Assembly: GCF_006345805.1 (NCBI RefSeq)
Contig: NC_043001.1
Coordinates: 52,080,001 to 52,144,000, forward strand
Length of the DNA stretch: 64,000 nt
Direction of reading: 5' to 3'
DNA from: Octopus sinensis
Lineage: Eukaryota
Shown in pieces: positions 1 to 13,079 of the stretch (position 1 is its first letter; the number at the start of each line of letters is the position of its first letter). A program made the translations under genes and the position numbers. Under the pieces are notes generated by a model. The model did no database searches. It saw only the letters and a list, made by a program, of their open reading frames with translations, and was not told the origin of the DNA.

Positions 1-2600
1 CAGTTGATGTCCATTAAGGACGTCAACTGCGGAAGTTAAAACCTTACGTGCAGTGACCACACCTGCTCCCCATCCAGGTAAAGCCACAGGTGACTCAACC
101 TTAACGCGAATTTTCGTATCTTCAGCCAACCCTTTAGCGGTTTTTGGCAGCAGACAGAGCGCTTCACAAGTGACTTTCCTCTCTTCCACAAAAAGAGGAA
201 AAAGATCCTTTCCAACTTGTTCAACCACAAATCGCGGCAAGGCACAACGGTCAGGCGGTAGGCGATGACAGATGCTATGAACATCTGCACCACATCCGCC
301 TCCCATAGCAAGAATAACGCCCTCCCAGACCAGGTCTGGGTTAGTCACCTTGCTCGTGACCCCGTTCCAATTCTTCTCTATCTAGAGGTCTGGACCAAAC
401 CAGACCCCTAGCAACATAACCGAGCCTTCCATCCAACGCCCTACGACGTTATTGGACGACATCGACTTGCCCCTCCAGGTGCCGAGTTGCAAGGCCACCG
501 ACTTGTCCTTGTTAACCTTTGCTCCAGCTACCGCTTCGTATCCTTTGATGGCATTTTCCACATAAGGAAGCTGCCCTTATTCGGACACGATGATGGAGAT
601 GTCATCTGCATACATGGTGGCTTCAATTCCACACCATAGATCATGCGGCACGCCCCCTAACGCCTCCAACTTCCGCAAGAATGGCTCAAGAGCCAATATA
701 TACAAAAGTGGTGCCAGGGAACATTTAATCTTGAACGGCTTTGAAAAAACGTTCACTCGGACGATAGCAGTCCAACTGTGGAAAATCGGGCCCAACCTGG
801 CCTCCCTGAGGACCACCACCAGCTACCGATGTTCGAGCCTATCAAATGCTTTAGACTGGTCTAAATGTACCAGTACACCACCTTTGCCAGAAATTTTCCC
901 AACCCTCTCTAAAGAGTAGCGTATAAAATGGAGAGTGTCGCGAATTGACCTGCCCTGGATAGCACAAGAGTGCACCTCCCCGACAAATCTATCCACGACA
1001 CGCACAAACCTTTATGCCAACACCTTGGCCAAAATCTTTAACTTTAACAGAATTATGGGCCAAAAATTACTTATGATATCCCTCTTGCGCGGGTCCTTTC
1101 TGATCAACGTCACCACCCGCCGGCTGGCAGATCTGAGAATTCTCCCAGTCTGCTGCCAGTTAGCGTAGACGTTGGCCAGTAGGTGCTTGAACAAGACTGG
1201 CATACTTTTGTAAAACTCATTGGGTAGACCATCAAGAACTGGCGACCTGTCCACAGGGCACTCATATAGCAAGTCGATCACCTCCGCAGCTGTAATTGAC
1301 CCCTCACAGCACTCAGCCTCTCATGCCGAGAGACGCGGGCCACCAGACAGGAATCCCCGTAGGGCTTCACCATGGTCTAGTGTCCCGCCAATCTCGAATA
1401 ACACGGCGAAGCGCTTGTAAAGCGTCTCACACATCTCATCCTGTCCTTTGACCAAACATCCATTTTCTTCAATCAAAGGCCTAATTATGGCATCGCTGGG
1501 TCTCTACCGTACGGGCCCACCCGGCAACATTAATTCCCTCGCAGCCCAATGCACGTACTTCAGCCCGAACCCTGCATCCCTTATGTTTGACTTTGAGGTC
1601 ACGGTCGAAGGCCGTTCTCGCTGCCAAAATTTGGAATATAGAACCCAATCTCAACGCCTCTTCTAAAGCCTTAAGTAAATCCCCTTCTATCCTAGCCTTA
1701 TCTAAATTTAGCTGACAACAAAATCTAATGGACTCAAAACGTATGGCTCTTTTTAGGGCAAACCATCATCGATTATTCACCATGGTGCTGGTTAATGCCC
1801 TCCGGTTACGGTATGCCTCACAAGCCAAAATAGACTTTTCCAGCTTCCAGTAGCCGGATTCCTGTCTATAGGCACTATGTTCAGCCTACACTGACCATTT
1901 TATGGTCCGTGTAGGTGACTTGAACCTACTGTGGACAGCTATAGCTAGACGTAGCTCTAATCTTTATAACTATCTTGCCTAAGTAAAACTTGAGCTTCCT
2001 GTCACCATTCATCCAGGTCCACACTGGGACGCTCGGGTGCCCAAGTCTGTAACGATCTGCCAGCTGAAAATGCTTAAGCAGATCGATGTGGCGTTATCCA
2101 GACGTACATCCAGGATAGCATTGTAGTCTCCTAACACAACTACTATCTTGGACGTCACGAGAAAGTTCTCTAGGCGTTGATAGAAATCAGTTTGCTGCTT
2201 TTTGCACAAGGTGCATAAATACCGATCAACCTGAAGGCCTCACGTCAAGGACAACCAGCCCACCTTCAGGGTCTACAAAGACTGTAGTTGTGTACATAGC
2301 CACACCCCCTCGACCTACGGTCTGGCCAGGAAATATGATTCTCTCATAGCCATTCAGGAGAGCCGAGAAGGTTTGTAGCCTATCCAGCTTGGTCTGTGTA
2401 GCAACCATCACATGTATATCATCTGATCTGAGGTCGTCGAGGAAACATGATGGTTTCCACTTCGAGCTCAGACCACGCACATTTAAGCAACCAAAGTTAA
2501 GTGTTGACAGTTTAAGGATAAGTAAAGGTTCTACTTACTCTTCATTGGCGATGTAGAGGACGATCTCACGTCTCATGAGGGGGTCTCTCTTTTCTCCTGT
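1..2600 (-). mobile_element. Tx1/L1-clade non-LTR retrotransposon, degraded ORF2 (APE endonuclease + RT); runs off the left edge
   Basis: Fragmented minus-strand frames: LNFGCLNVRGLSSK (APE start, ~2510), VLGDYNAILD, LDGLPNEFY, LVHLDQSKAFDRLEH, PLLYILALEPFL, MYADDIS; many stops and frameshifts. Confidence 0.9.
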
Positions 2601-3495
2601 TTTCTCCTGTTTTCTCATCCAACAAATCTTGGGTAATTTTAGCTGTGTGACAAAGAGACCCACCTTCCATAAATAAAGAGTCTTCTCGAATCATTTTACT
2701 ACTAGAGAAGATTGGAATGAGTCCTTTCTGCAATATGAACACATATTTATCTGAGTTTACCTTTCCCTCACATTGCACCACCTCTGATCAACCATTGCTC
2801 CAAACTGCTCCCCAGACTATCACAGAATAGCTGCCGTGTTTCATTGTTGGCTGCAATCTTTTCACATCAAATCATTGTTCACAGTCTCCAGACCTGTACT
2901 CGACCACTGTCAGGAAACACAGCAAATCTGGACTCATCAGAGAATATGATAGTGTCCCAAAATGCTAGTGGCCTCTCCACCATCTCACTAACCCAATATT
3001 TTCTCCGCTTGATGTTGGCAGGTTGAAGAAGTGGCTTCCTTCTTGCTGCTCTGCCATAATAACCAAGTTTGTGGAGATACCTGGCAGCTGTTCTGAGACT
3101 GACATCAACTTGTTCTGCTATGTCAGAGGCCTTACAACGAAGATTATTCTCCATACTTCTCTTAGCATAGAAAATGGTCCTGTCAGAGGGCCAGGTTGAT
3201 CTTGGTGAGGTGGTGTGGACTCCTTTCCCTCTTTGGTGAATTGTACAATCACTCTATTAACTGTAGAAAGGGAGATACCAAGGTTTTCTGCGATTTCACG
3301 CTATGTCCATTTTCAGAATGACCCACAATACGGCCTGAAAGTTTCAGGGCTTCTTTTGTACATGGCATGATTAAACAGTCACATATAGAATTTGAAATAA
3401 AAATGTCAATTAATAGAAAATATAAGTCTTTACAAGTTAGAATAAATATAAAACGATATTTTATTGGTTGTCTAATAACTTCTGTCATGTCTGTG
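2600..3495 (-). mobile_element. Tc1-family DNA transposon, 3'-truncated transposase pseudogene
   Basis: [49 protein letters not shown] motifs; TA-flanked terminus TA|CACAGACATGACAGAAG (minus) at 3495. Confidence 0.85.
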
Positions 3496-4006
3496 TATAT
3501 GGTGTTTCCTACCAGTTCATTCCATTGCAGCTGTTGTTCAGAGCTCCTTTGAACAAACATCCTTACATCTATGGTACATCTACAGATTTTTGGTTAAGGA
3601 CTCATATCGTTTTTTTCCTTCGTTAATCAACCACATTAAGAAATTCCGTAAGTATTGTATGTAAATGTCAGCCGTCTCTATTGTACAGACGACACAGCCA
3701 ATCAATACACTTCAATATTTGCAGATACATACGTCATCCGCATGCGACTTCAAATATATATTTCCAGACAGATCTTAATCATGAAAATAATCTATAACAT
3801 GAAACTGAATCTGAAAAACAAAATTAATTACTACGTAGAAGAATGTGTCAGTCTAGCACTACACAATGCAGTTTGTTTCTAAACTAAAATAATAATGATG
3901 ATAATATATATATATATGTAATAATATTAAGAAGTATAACTCCAAACTTACAAGGTGTATGAGTGTGTATATGTATGTATGTATGGATGCGCGCGCACGT
4001 GCACTT

Positions 4007-4230
4007 GTGTGTGTGTCTTTGTATCAGTGATTGTCCCCCACCACTGCTTGACAACCGGTGCTGGTGTGTTTACGAACGTTTCCGCGACTAATCTGTTCAG
4101 CAAAAGAAGGCAGTCGAATAAATACCAGACTAAAAAATAAGCACTGGAGTCGATTCGTTCGTCTAAAATACTTCAAAGCGGTGCTGCACCCGCATGGTTG
4201 CAGTCTAATGACTGAAACAAATAAACGAGA
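4007..4230 (+). mobile_element. SINE family A, 3' half
   Basis: gcttgacaaccg..gtgtttacg body and gcggtgc..gcatgg..gactgaaacaa tail shared with other copies in the window. Confidence 0.75.
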
Positions 4231-4254
4231 AACGATATTAATATATCTTTTCAA

Positions 4255-4560
4255 GCTTGTTACTTACTCTATCGGTTTCATTTGCTGAATCGCTAGATTA
4301 GGTGAACGTAAACACACAACCAGCGGTTGTCAAGCGGTGTGTGTGCGTATGTGTGTGTGGGACAAACACAGACACGAAGACTCACACATATTGATATACA
4401 TATATACGATGGGCTTCTTTCAGTTTCTACTTACTAAATCCATTCACAAGGTTTGAGTCGGCTCAAATCTAGAGTAGAAGACATAAGGTGGCACGCAGTT
4501 GGAGTGAACCTTGAGCTATGTGGTTGAAAATCAAACTTTTTTCTAACTTTTTACAACACG

Positions 4561-4565
<5 letters not shown>
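4255..4565 (-). mobile_element. SINE family A (tRNA-derived head)
   Basis: gggcttctttcagttt..tcacaagg..agtagaagac block, also present at 9480, 15400, 39090 and 43955. Confidence 0.75.
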
Positions 4566-4606
<41 letters not shown>

Positions 4607-4743
4607 GATAAGATCGATATTTAAATACCGATCTTAGCAAGTGGCCAGCATGGGAATAAAATATCTTTCAAAGGTAATAATTATTTAAAATTATAAATTA
4701 GGGTATCCAAGTAATAGTGGTGGTGGTATCTCTTAGATACCCT

Positions 4744-4778
<35 letters not shown>

Positions 4779-4779
4779 C

Positions 4780-5460
4780 CGTAGACGTAGCTCTGTCGTC
4801 GCATCTTCTTGCTCGCCTGATTATATATTATAGGCAATCTCTTTAGAGCAGACTTAAGGTTACAATGTCTCACTTATGCGCTCTAACATCTTAATCTTTT
4901 ACCACTTCTAGAATAACTATTACTGCACCTAACAAGGAATAAGCGTACCATCCTTTCCGAAGAAAACTTGAAATTTTTATCTTCCATTCCTTTCTCATTA
5001 TTACCATGTATCATCCACTTGCGTATTCCTTACCAATCACCTCGCGGAAAGCGAGTAAATAACATGTCTTTTGTACATGCACATTACAAATGAAATATTT
5101 TTAGTCCTAAGTGGAAGGGTTCGGCTTTCAAACCATGTATCTTTCCTCGCTGACACAGACTCCATACATCCTTGGTGCCAGCATCGCCAGTACATATTCC
5201 CACCACATTTTCTTGTACTCATAACATGTTTCTTCCTTTAGCATGATTTTCTTTTGGGTATAACACCCGTTTCTTGTAGGTACGATACAGCATCCTCCTC
5301 TGTTCTCAGAGTCTCCATCATAGACACGATGTTACCACAGCTTGCTGCCATAATCAAAACTTCCTTGTAGGTAAAACAGTAGAACACAGTGTCAACAAGT
5401 GGTTTCAATATATTTATCAAAACGTGGTTTTTCGCTGGCAAGAGTTTTCATAATCGACTT
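4780..5460 (-). mobile_element. Merlin (IS1595/ISXO2-like) transposase fragment
   Basis: LRTEEDAVSYLQETGVIP..C...WRCWHQGC..VSARKDTWFESRTLPL matches the IS1595-type N-terminal zinc-ribbon region; one in-frame stop; DDE part badly decayed. Confidence 0.65.
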
Positions 5461-6789
5461 GCTACTATAGAAACAGGCATGAATGTGCCTGTAGCTTACG
5501 ATTGGTTAAAATTACCCCAAATTTTCAAACTTTGATAGCAAATAACTCTTTATTTATTGATTTATGGCGAAAATGATTTTTATGGCTTTAATTAGCTTGT
5601 AACAGTGTACCATTACACTGAATATGAAATCAATTCGAATAGAAATTGACCTTGGCCAAACTGAAAAGTTCCCAATTTTCCCCTACAAAATTCGCTTCAT
5701 AGAAATTCAATCTGGGTGTCAACCAAATGACACTCATCAGTTTCCGAATGCCAAAACGCATTATTTCTTTTTGTGTATTCATAAAAATGAAATAAAATAA
5801 CATGAAAATATAAAATCTAGGTGCAATTGTCAGGGAGGGAGAGACGTATCTATCAAATGTGATGTGCTGAAGAAAAGCTTAACTGGTGTGGTATATTGTG
5901 TCAGAGACATTGGTGGCGTATACATTATTTTTGATAGAGGGGAAAATATAGACAGCTAATGGGGAAAGTAATATAAAAAAGTGAATAAACACGTGTCAAT
6001 CAGGCATACGGTCCAACATATTTCAAATGAAATCTCTTGTATATATTTTCATTAGATTTTGATTGAGTATTTAACTGGTTGATGTAGCGTTTGACTGATT
6101 AATTGTTCATAGTCATAAGCATAAGCTGTATCAGAAAGAAAACAGATGAATAATATCATTTGACATTTATATCCTGGTCTGTAATATTTCTCCGACAATA
6201 GTAATCCGTCTGTCCAATGCCGACTGTTTCAGATTTTCAATGTTTTCGTACCTTGTGTCTAAAGTGTTAATCTTATAATTGAAAAGATAATATATATTTT
6301 ATATTTGCTCATTTGTTCCAGCAACAAGAAGTTACTTTCACTTTTTGTTCCTTTTCAATTTATGTTCTTTAAATATAATCCTATTTAAAAACTTATGATG
6401 AAGAATCAGGTGTAAAAATGAAATATTGATTTTGTGACAACGGAAAATTATACGATTATAGCAACAGAAAACAGAATATTTCTATAAAAGTAGTGTTGTG
6501 TGTTATTTTTGCCATTTATCATGAAGTAAAACATAAACACAGATATCTTTTTAGAATCATTATTCCTGGGAGGTTTCAAAGAAAGAAGAATCAGTTAAAT
6601 GTAAAACATGAAATATTTTCGAGATACGCAAGCTGATATGGACTGGATTGTTTCATTCTTGTGGAAAAGACCCAGAAGTCTTTCTAAAAAGAATTTTAAG
6701 CATATCATGAATTAGGTAGATTTGGTAAACTTGAAATAGATATTCTCATATGTCCCTCCCAATGCAACTAGAATTACTTGGACCTAGCC

Positions 6790-6890
6790 CACACACGCAC
6801 GCACACACACACACACACATACACACACACACACACACATGCACACACACACATACACACACACACACGCACGCACACACACACACGAAC
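6790..6890. repeat. (CA)n compound microsatellite
   Basis: Direct reading. Confidence 0.95.
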
Positions 6891-7086
6891 AAGTATACTT
6901 AGAAATTTAGAGCCTGCGACACTTTACAAAGAAAAAAATGTATAAAGAAACTTTCGAGTTGTATATTATAGGATGCTTCGGGATGAGAATAATTTTAATA
7001 TATTTTATGATGATTTCAGAATCGACTGCATTTTACTAGTATCGATAAAACCAATAGTATCGATAATACCCATAACATACTATGAT

Positions 7087-7300
7087 AAGGTGGTGACCTG
7101 GTAAGATCGTTACTAAGCCAGGCGAAATGCTTAGCGGATTTTCGTCTGTCTTTACGTTCTGTGTTCAAATTACACGGACGTCGATTTTGCCTCTCACCCT
7201 TTCAGAGTCAATAAAATAAATACCTGTTGAATACGGAGCTCGATATAATCGACTATCCCGTTCCACACAAATTGCTGGCCTTGTATCAAAATTTGAACCC
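7087..7300 (+). mobile_element. SINE family B
   Basis: ggcgaaatgcttagcgg..ttcgtctg..gttcaaatt..tcgatataatcgact..ggccttgt. Confidence 0.8.
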
Positions 7301-8084
7301 AATAATATACTATGATCAAGTATGCCGACTTTTTGACACCAAAATATATGCTCCGTTTCTCAGCGTAATAAAGAAAATAAAATTTCTTAACTATAGATGG
7401 ATCGAAAAGTTTGTTGAGGTTGATTATATCGTATATGATCTCCTCTCTTTGATTTTGTTTCTTTTCAATTGTCGCTGAGTCTATAATTTGACTGTTTTTA
7501 AAGGGAGAAGTGTTGGCCTTACATAAACCCACTTTTGATTCTACGAAAAGGGGGCCCATAATAGCCTTGTCTCTATACTTTGTTTAACATTAGGACCCCT
7601 ATCAAGAGGTTATGCTCTAATGGCATAACACTCAGCATCATTGAGGCACATAAACCACCACATTGCAACAAGGACTGGATCATAATTCCACTTAAACATA
7701 ACCTACACACACTTCCAGCCCCGGAATCGACAATAGGCCAGTGGCATTTAATGTTTTACTCATTTCGATTTTATTATAAAAATATATTCAGCTAAGGAAA
7801 TAGAAAGTTTGAGTTTCTGGTTATTAAATCGATTTTTATGATCTGGGTCAGTTTATTCCCCTGAACTTATGTCACCTTGATTTATTCATACCATAATCTA
7901 AACGGTGATACGTTATGTTGAGGAACTGTTTCTATATCTTTAATTACCCACGCTCTCGTTTTTTACTCTTCCCTAAATATCTGACTCTAGCTGATGTACT
8001 TTTACTATCAATATTTCATGTCTACATATAAGAGATGAACTGCTTCAATAAACCATATTTCAACACGCCATTTCGATATAATAT

Positions 8085-8862
8085 GATTCAGGTTAGGTAC
8101 GGGAGCATACACCGTGGCAGCGCGCTGCTGTATTCACTTTTGCCGGTATATTACCTGATCCTCCCGGCCGATTCGTCGAACAGAGTTCTAGTCAGTCCCC
8201 ATCTCTGCGAGATACCTCCTCATCTGCCGTGACTATGTAGTATATAGTCAACCAGCACGAGATGTCAATCCAGCTGGATCCTAAATGAAGAGAACACGGT
8301 AAACAGGGTCAAACTTAGGAACTCGAGCAACGTGGCCAAACAGCCTGAGCTGGCGCACCTAATCATGTAGATAACAGGACACATCCCAGTTTTTGAGTGC
8401 AGTCGATAGTTAGATAAGAAAGTCCCACTAATGGTAACTCATAATCTTGGGAAGCGTCCTGGTAACAAAGGAGTTCACGCAGTTCCTAAAGGAGTCTCAC
8501 AACTATAGAGCGAGACAGAGAGGACCAGAGACCTAAAGATCCGAACCTTTGTCCTCTCGCCTGATGTTGGTAACGCCAAACACTCTTGTCCAATGAGTAC
8601 AGAAAGCAACAGCTCGTCTAGCTTTAGGACTTCAGGCATGCAGCTAATGCCACAATCTCAGTGTCAAGTTAAGTAAAGCGGCCAGTAACTTCGAATTTCA
8701 CCCCCGCAACAGTGATTGACAAGGCGGAGTCCACTAAAAAAGTTAACCAAAGACTGTATCTTTGTCTTGATCGAAGAGACTCTAAGACCAAGTGGTTCCA
8801 CTTCCTCACTCGATAAAAGGAGTGTGCTTCTTAAGAGATCCAGACACTCAGCGAAAATAACT
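8085..8862 (-). mobile_element. RTE-clade LINE, 5'-truncated 3' fragment
   Basis: VIFAECLD, EEVEPLGLRVSSIKTKIQ, RTKVRIFRSLVLSVSLYSCET, RQLRLFGHVAR; RTE-like 3' end gcgcgctgccacggtgtatgctcccgtacctaacctga. Confidence 0.85.
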
Positions 8863-9294
8863 GTTGATAATATGATGACTGGTTATCATTTACCAAAACG
8901 ATCGTAATGAAATAATTGAAATACCAACAGTCTGCTTTCTGGTTATTCTTTAAATCTGTTTTTTTCCCTACAGTAATACCTATATTGATGTCCCTCTATA
9001 TGCTTCGTATTGATATAGGAGTTTAAAGAAGTAGCTCAAATTCTGAGCCTCGATTTTATATATGTCGTACAATTCCCGCATATGATGCTGCGCATGTATA
9101 CGTGTATATTGCATAAACTAGTGAAAAATCAGTATTTCTCCTAATATGTGCAAATTTATACACAAGAATAATTTATTTCAAGTAGTTACAGTTTGGGTTT
9201 TGCAAGCGGTAGAACTACAAACACTTTAATCTGTTCTACTATATTGTATATACTTTCCAATTTTCAGATGATAAACATATTTCTAATTATCTTC

Positions 9295-9640
9295 TATCTT
9301 TTACTTGTTTCAGTCATTGGACTGCAGCCCTGCTATGACGCCACCTTGACACTTTAGTCGAACAAATCGACCCGATACTTATTCTATCAGACTCTTTTTC
9401 CCAAACCACTAATTACGTAAACAAACCAACATCAGTTGGGAAGCAGTAGTTGGAGAAAACATCACACGCATATATCTCTGTATACAACGGGCTTCTTTCA
9501 GTTTCCGTCAATCAAATCCACTCACAAGGCTTTAGTCAGTCAGGCACTATAGTAGAAGACACTTACCCAACGTGCTATCCCGTGGTACTGAACCCAAAAG
9601 TTCTCGAGAAGCAAATTTCTTACCAAATAGCCACAGAAGT
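9295..9640 (-). mobile_element. SINE family A, near full length
   Basis: Tail (ttacttgtttcagtcatt), body and head all present. Confidence 0.8.
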
Positions 9641-10823
9641 TTTATCAAATATTTATAGGCAATCAAAGACGATGTTCCACGATATTTCCTCCAGATCTTT
9701 TGACCCTGAGTTCAAATCCCAACTGGCGTTCTTGGTGGGAAACTTTATTCGTTATTCGGTAATACCATCACCCGGTTCTTCAGTGCCTTTAGTAGAGTCC
9801 ACTTCTTCTGGAATCATTGTTGCCAGGCCCTTAGTTTTGACATGCTGTACTTCCTCCTTCTCACCAGTCTCAGAAGCCCTAAAAAGGCATAATGGGCACT
9901 GCTGTTCTTCCTATGCGATTAAACTTCTGAAGTCGAAAACTGAAGGGATGTGTTTACTGAACAGAAATTTGCATTTTTTATCTGTCTCATATGGGTTATT
10001 TTTGCTAGCTTTCATAGATACTATATAAGAGAATAAAAATAGCTTTCAAGAAGGAATCGAAACTGACCAGAAGAATTTATACTTCAGGAAAAAATATCTT
10101 CCGCGATCCTCCAGCTTATGAAATGTGTAGAATTATAATTATAACATGTTTCAGTTCTCAAGATAATTTAACTGAAATAATAGATTGAACTGAAACCTGT
10201 AATTCCCGCGGCATATAGATAATTTTACATATAGGATTAAATCAGACTTGTTCTTTCTTGAAACCAATAGAAACGCATATAATTTTGACGTCCAGAATCT
10301 TCTACAAACATCTTGAACCACGCCCACCAAAAAATAAAAAAAAAAACTGTAAGTATTTCATTGTCGTTATCATAACAGTTTGGTTTTGTTGTTGTCACAG
10401 CTGTTATTGCCTCTGTTTTTGTTGTTGTAACAGTTGTTATATTTCTGCTTGCTGCCTTGTACTTTCTTTTCATCTTCCTTAACAAGCTTATTATAAACTC
10501 AAATTCAATAAGAATCTACGAAATACAAGAAAACATACTATTTCTGTAAATGTGATACAGACTCTAATCTTAAGACAGCCTGCTTATTCTTAAATCAGCT
10601 TAACTACTACTTATAAAACTGTGCTTATTATCATAATAAATTTTCTTATTCCACGATTTAAAAAATTTTCCACCTGATGTTCTCATCTCTGTAGGGCTTT
10701 TTTTTTTAGCAAACCAAAAGTATCAAAAACTATTAAAAATCGCATGGAATCGTTTTAGTTGTGTTTGGAACAAAATCTAAACTTCCAGCTAAAATAATAT
10801 TGGAGTCGACTATATTAATATTA

Positions 10824-11035
10824 TTTTCTACTCTAGGCACAATGCCTGAAATGTTTGGGGAGGGGGGCAGTCGATTAGATCGAATACAGTACGCAACTGG
10901 TACATAATTTATCGGTCCTGGAAAGATGAAAGGAAAGTTGTCTTCGGTGGAATTTGAACTCAGAACGTAAAGACAGACGAAATACGTTAAGCATTTCGCC
11001 CGGCGTGCTAATGCTTCTGCCATCTCGCCGCTTTG
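10824..11035 (-). mobile_element. SINE family B with 16-bp TSD
   Basis: Family B sequence flanked by gactatatt(a/g)atatta at 10808-10823 and 11036-11051. Confidence 0.85.
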
Positions 11036-11479
11036 GACTATATTGATATTATGAAGTCTAGCAAAAAATAGGCGTCGATTCATTTGAACATAAAAACAAC
11101 TGGAAAGGAGGACTGTAATAGTGTTAATGAAAGTCGAAGGAGTAATTGAGGTGAATTAGTTTACTCTGGAGTACTTTAGGATTAACAATATTGTTGTTGA
11201 ACGTATTTGTAATTTGTAAATAGCCTCTTTTGATCTCTGAGAACGATATACATCAAATAATTATTGTTGGAAATTGCATTTTTAGCAATAGCAAGAGCAG
11301 CAGGATATAGCTCTAGTCTGTACAAAGAACAACCAGCTGCCTCCCGCTAGCGTGTATGATCTGGCAACAAATATCATCCTTCACTAGCTGTTTTGGGTAC
11401 CTAAGGGTTGGAAGTAGATATAGACAATACTATTTCGGTTCTCTTACGCTTTCTACAGCAGAGCATTGAGGATATGAAA

Positions 11480-11660
11480 GCTGGGGGAGGGGTGTGTGCT
11501 CAGCATCCAACTTGTACTCATTACAGTTAATCAAACTGAACGAACGCGAAATGAAATGTTTCGCTCAAAAACATAACTCACTGTCGGATCCAGGAATTGA
11601 ACCCGTAGCCTTATGACTATGAGCCGAACACCCCTGACCACTTGACCACTTAGTCGCACA
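11480..11660 (-). mobile_element. SINE family C head (tRNA-derived)
   Basis: A/B-box-like head gtggtcagggg..gggttcaattcc; similar to the 18750 copy. Confidence 0.6.
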
Positions 11661-11738
11661 CATTTACAGTAGCCTGTAAGGTAGTACTTAGAATATGCTT
11701 AAATGAAGAATATATATATATATATCAACTAAATAAAT

Positions 11739-11950
11739 CCTTCCTACTATAGGCATAAGACCTGAAATTTTTGGGGCGGGGGACTAGTCGATTACATCGA
11801 CGACAGTGCATAACTGGTACTTAATTTATCGGTCCCGAAAGGATGAAAGGCAAAGTCGACCCCAGCATTTGAACTCAGAACGTGAAAGACAGACAAAATA
11901 CCACGAAGCATTTTGCCGGGCGTGCTAACGACTCTGCCAGCTCGCCACCT
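11739..11950 (-). mobile_element. SINE family B with 18-bp TSD
   Basis: tatatcaactaaataaat at 11721-11738 and 11951-11968. Confidence 0.88.
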
Positions 11951-12096
11951 TATATCAACTAAATAAATGTATATGACTTTGTATCAAAGGACACTTATCC
12001 AGCAGAAACAGGTGTCGGAATATGAAAACTCTACGATAATAAATAAATTTTGAAGATCTGTTATTCTCCATTCTTCATTACAATATCTTATATATA

Positions 12097-12950
12097 CAGC
12101 GTGCGGTGAATAAATTGTCGTCTAAATAACGCAAAAATGAAAATAACTCTGACATCTCATTTTAACAGATATATCTGTCAAAATTAGATAAAAATATCTT
12201 GAAATACTAAAGAGTAAATTTATTCAATAAAATCGCCATTGGCTTCAATCACGGCCTACAGACGACTTCGGAATCTCCTGCAACGCTTCTGGACCGTCTC
12301 CTTGTTTAAGTTGGTGAATGCTGCCATAATCCTTACCTTCAGTTCATCTTTAGAATTACAAGGAATATTGTTGGCTTCTTGCTCAACTGCGCCCCACACA
12401 TAATAATCAAGGAGGTTGCAGTCTGGGGAGTTAGGTGGCCAGTTGTTAGGGCTGATGTGGTTGCAGAAATTGTTTGCAGCCATAACTCGGTTCTCCTGCT
12501 TGTGTGGCATAGTTCAAAGTCCTGTTGCCAGACATAGGGTCATCCAGCATCCATCCTCTTGACCCAGGGCAGCACTAGCCCCTGTAGGTACGTGATGTAG
12601 GCCTCCGTGTTGAGTCTGAGGCCGTGTGGGAAGATGAATGGAAGCATAACGTCGCCCTCACTAGTAATAATTCCGAACACCATAACGTTGATTGGATGTT
12701 TGATTTTTATCATTCTCGGTGTATGTTTTGGGGTCACGGCAAGCCAACTGTTCCTGGCAGAAATTTTTCTCGTCTGAGAAAAACTAAAGTATGATCGGTT
12801 GGAGGAGATGCTTGAGTTTGTTGAAAAGCCTCGTAGCGTGGACTTTTCTCCTAATTGGCTTGGGATAAAAATTGGCCCATTGTCATCTTATATGAGGAAT
12901 ACTGTCGTGTCTTTCCGACACTCTTACACCCTTCTTCGAATTCATTGCAT
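12097..12950 (-). mobile_element. maT (DD37D) Tc1/mariner transposon fragment
   Basis: SYKMTMGQFLSQA, FSDEKNFCQ, VMVFGIITSEGDVM, WQQD, WPPNSPDCNLLDYYVWG; terminus TA|CAGCGTGCGGTGAATAAATTG at 12097. Confidence 0.85.
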
Positions 12951-13079
12951 ATGCCACTTTACAACGTCGGCTTATAACAAGGTTATAAAAATACAGATAG
13001 AAATCAAAAACAACACTGAGCAAACAATATCTCTTCTCAACGATTTCTACAACTGTCTTCACAAAGCGCCTGTACACAC

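Noticed and set aside
4698-4745. 14-bp imperfect hairpin ttagggtatccaag/cttagataccctaa
   Set aside because: Short, one mismatch, with no TSD or family evidence
9450-10028. 192-aa plus-strand ORF
   Set aside because: It runs through a reversed SINE A and a SINE B fragment and has no protein motif
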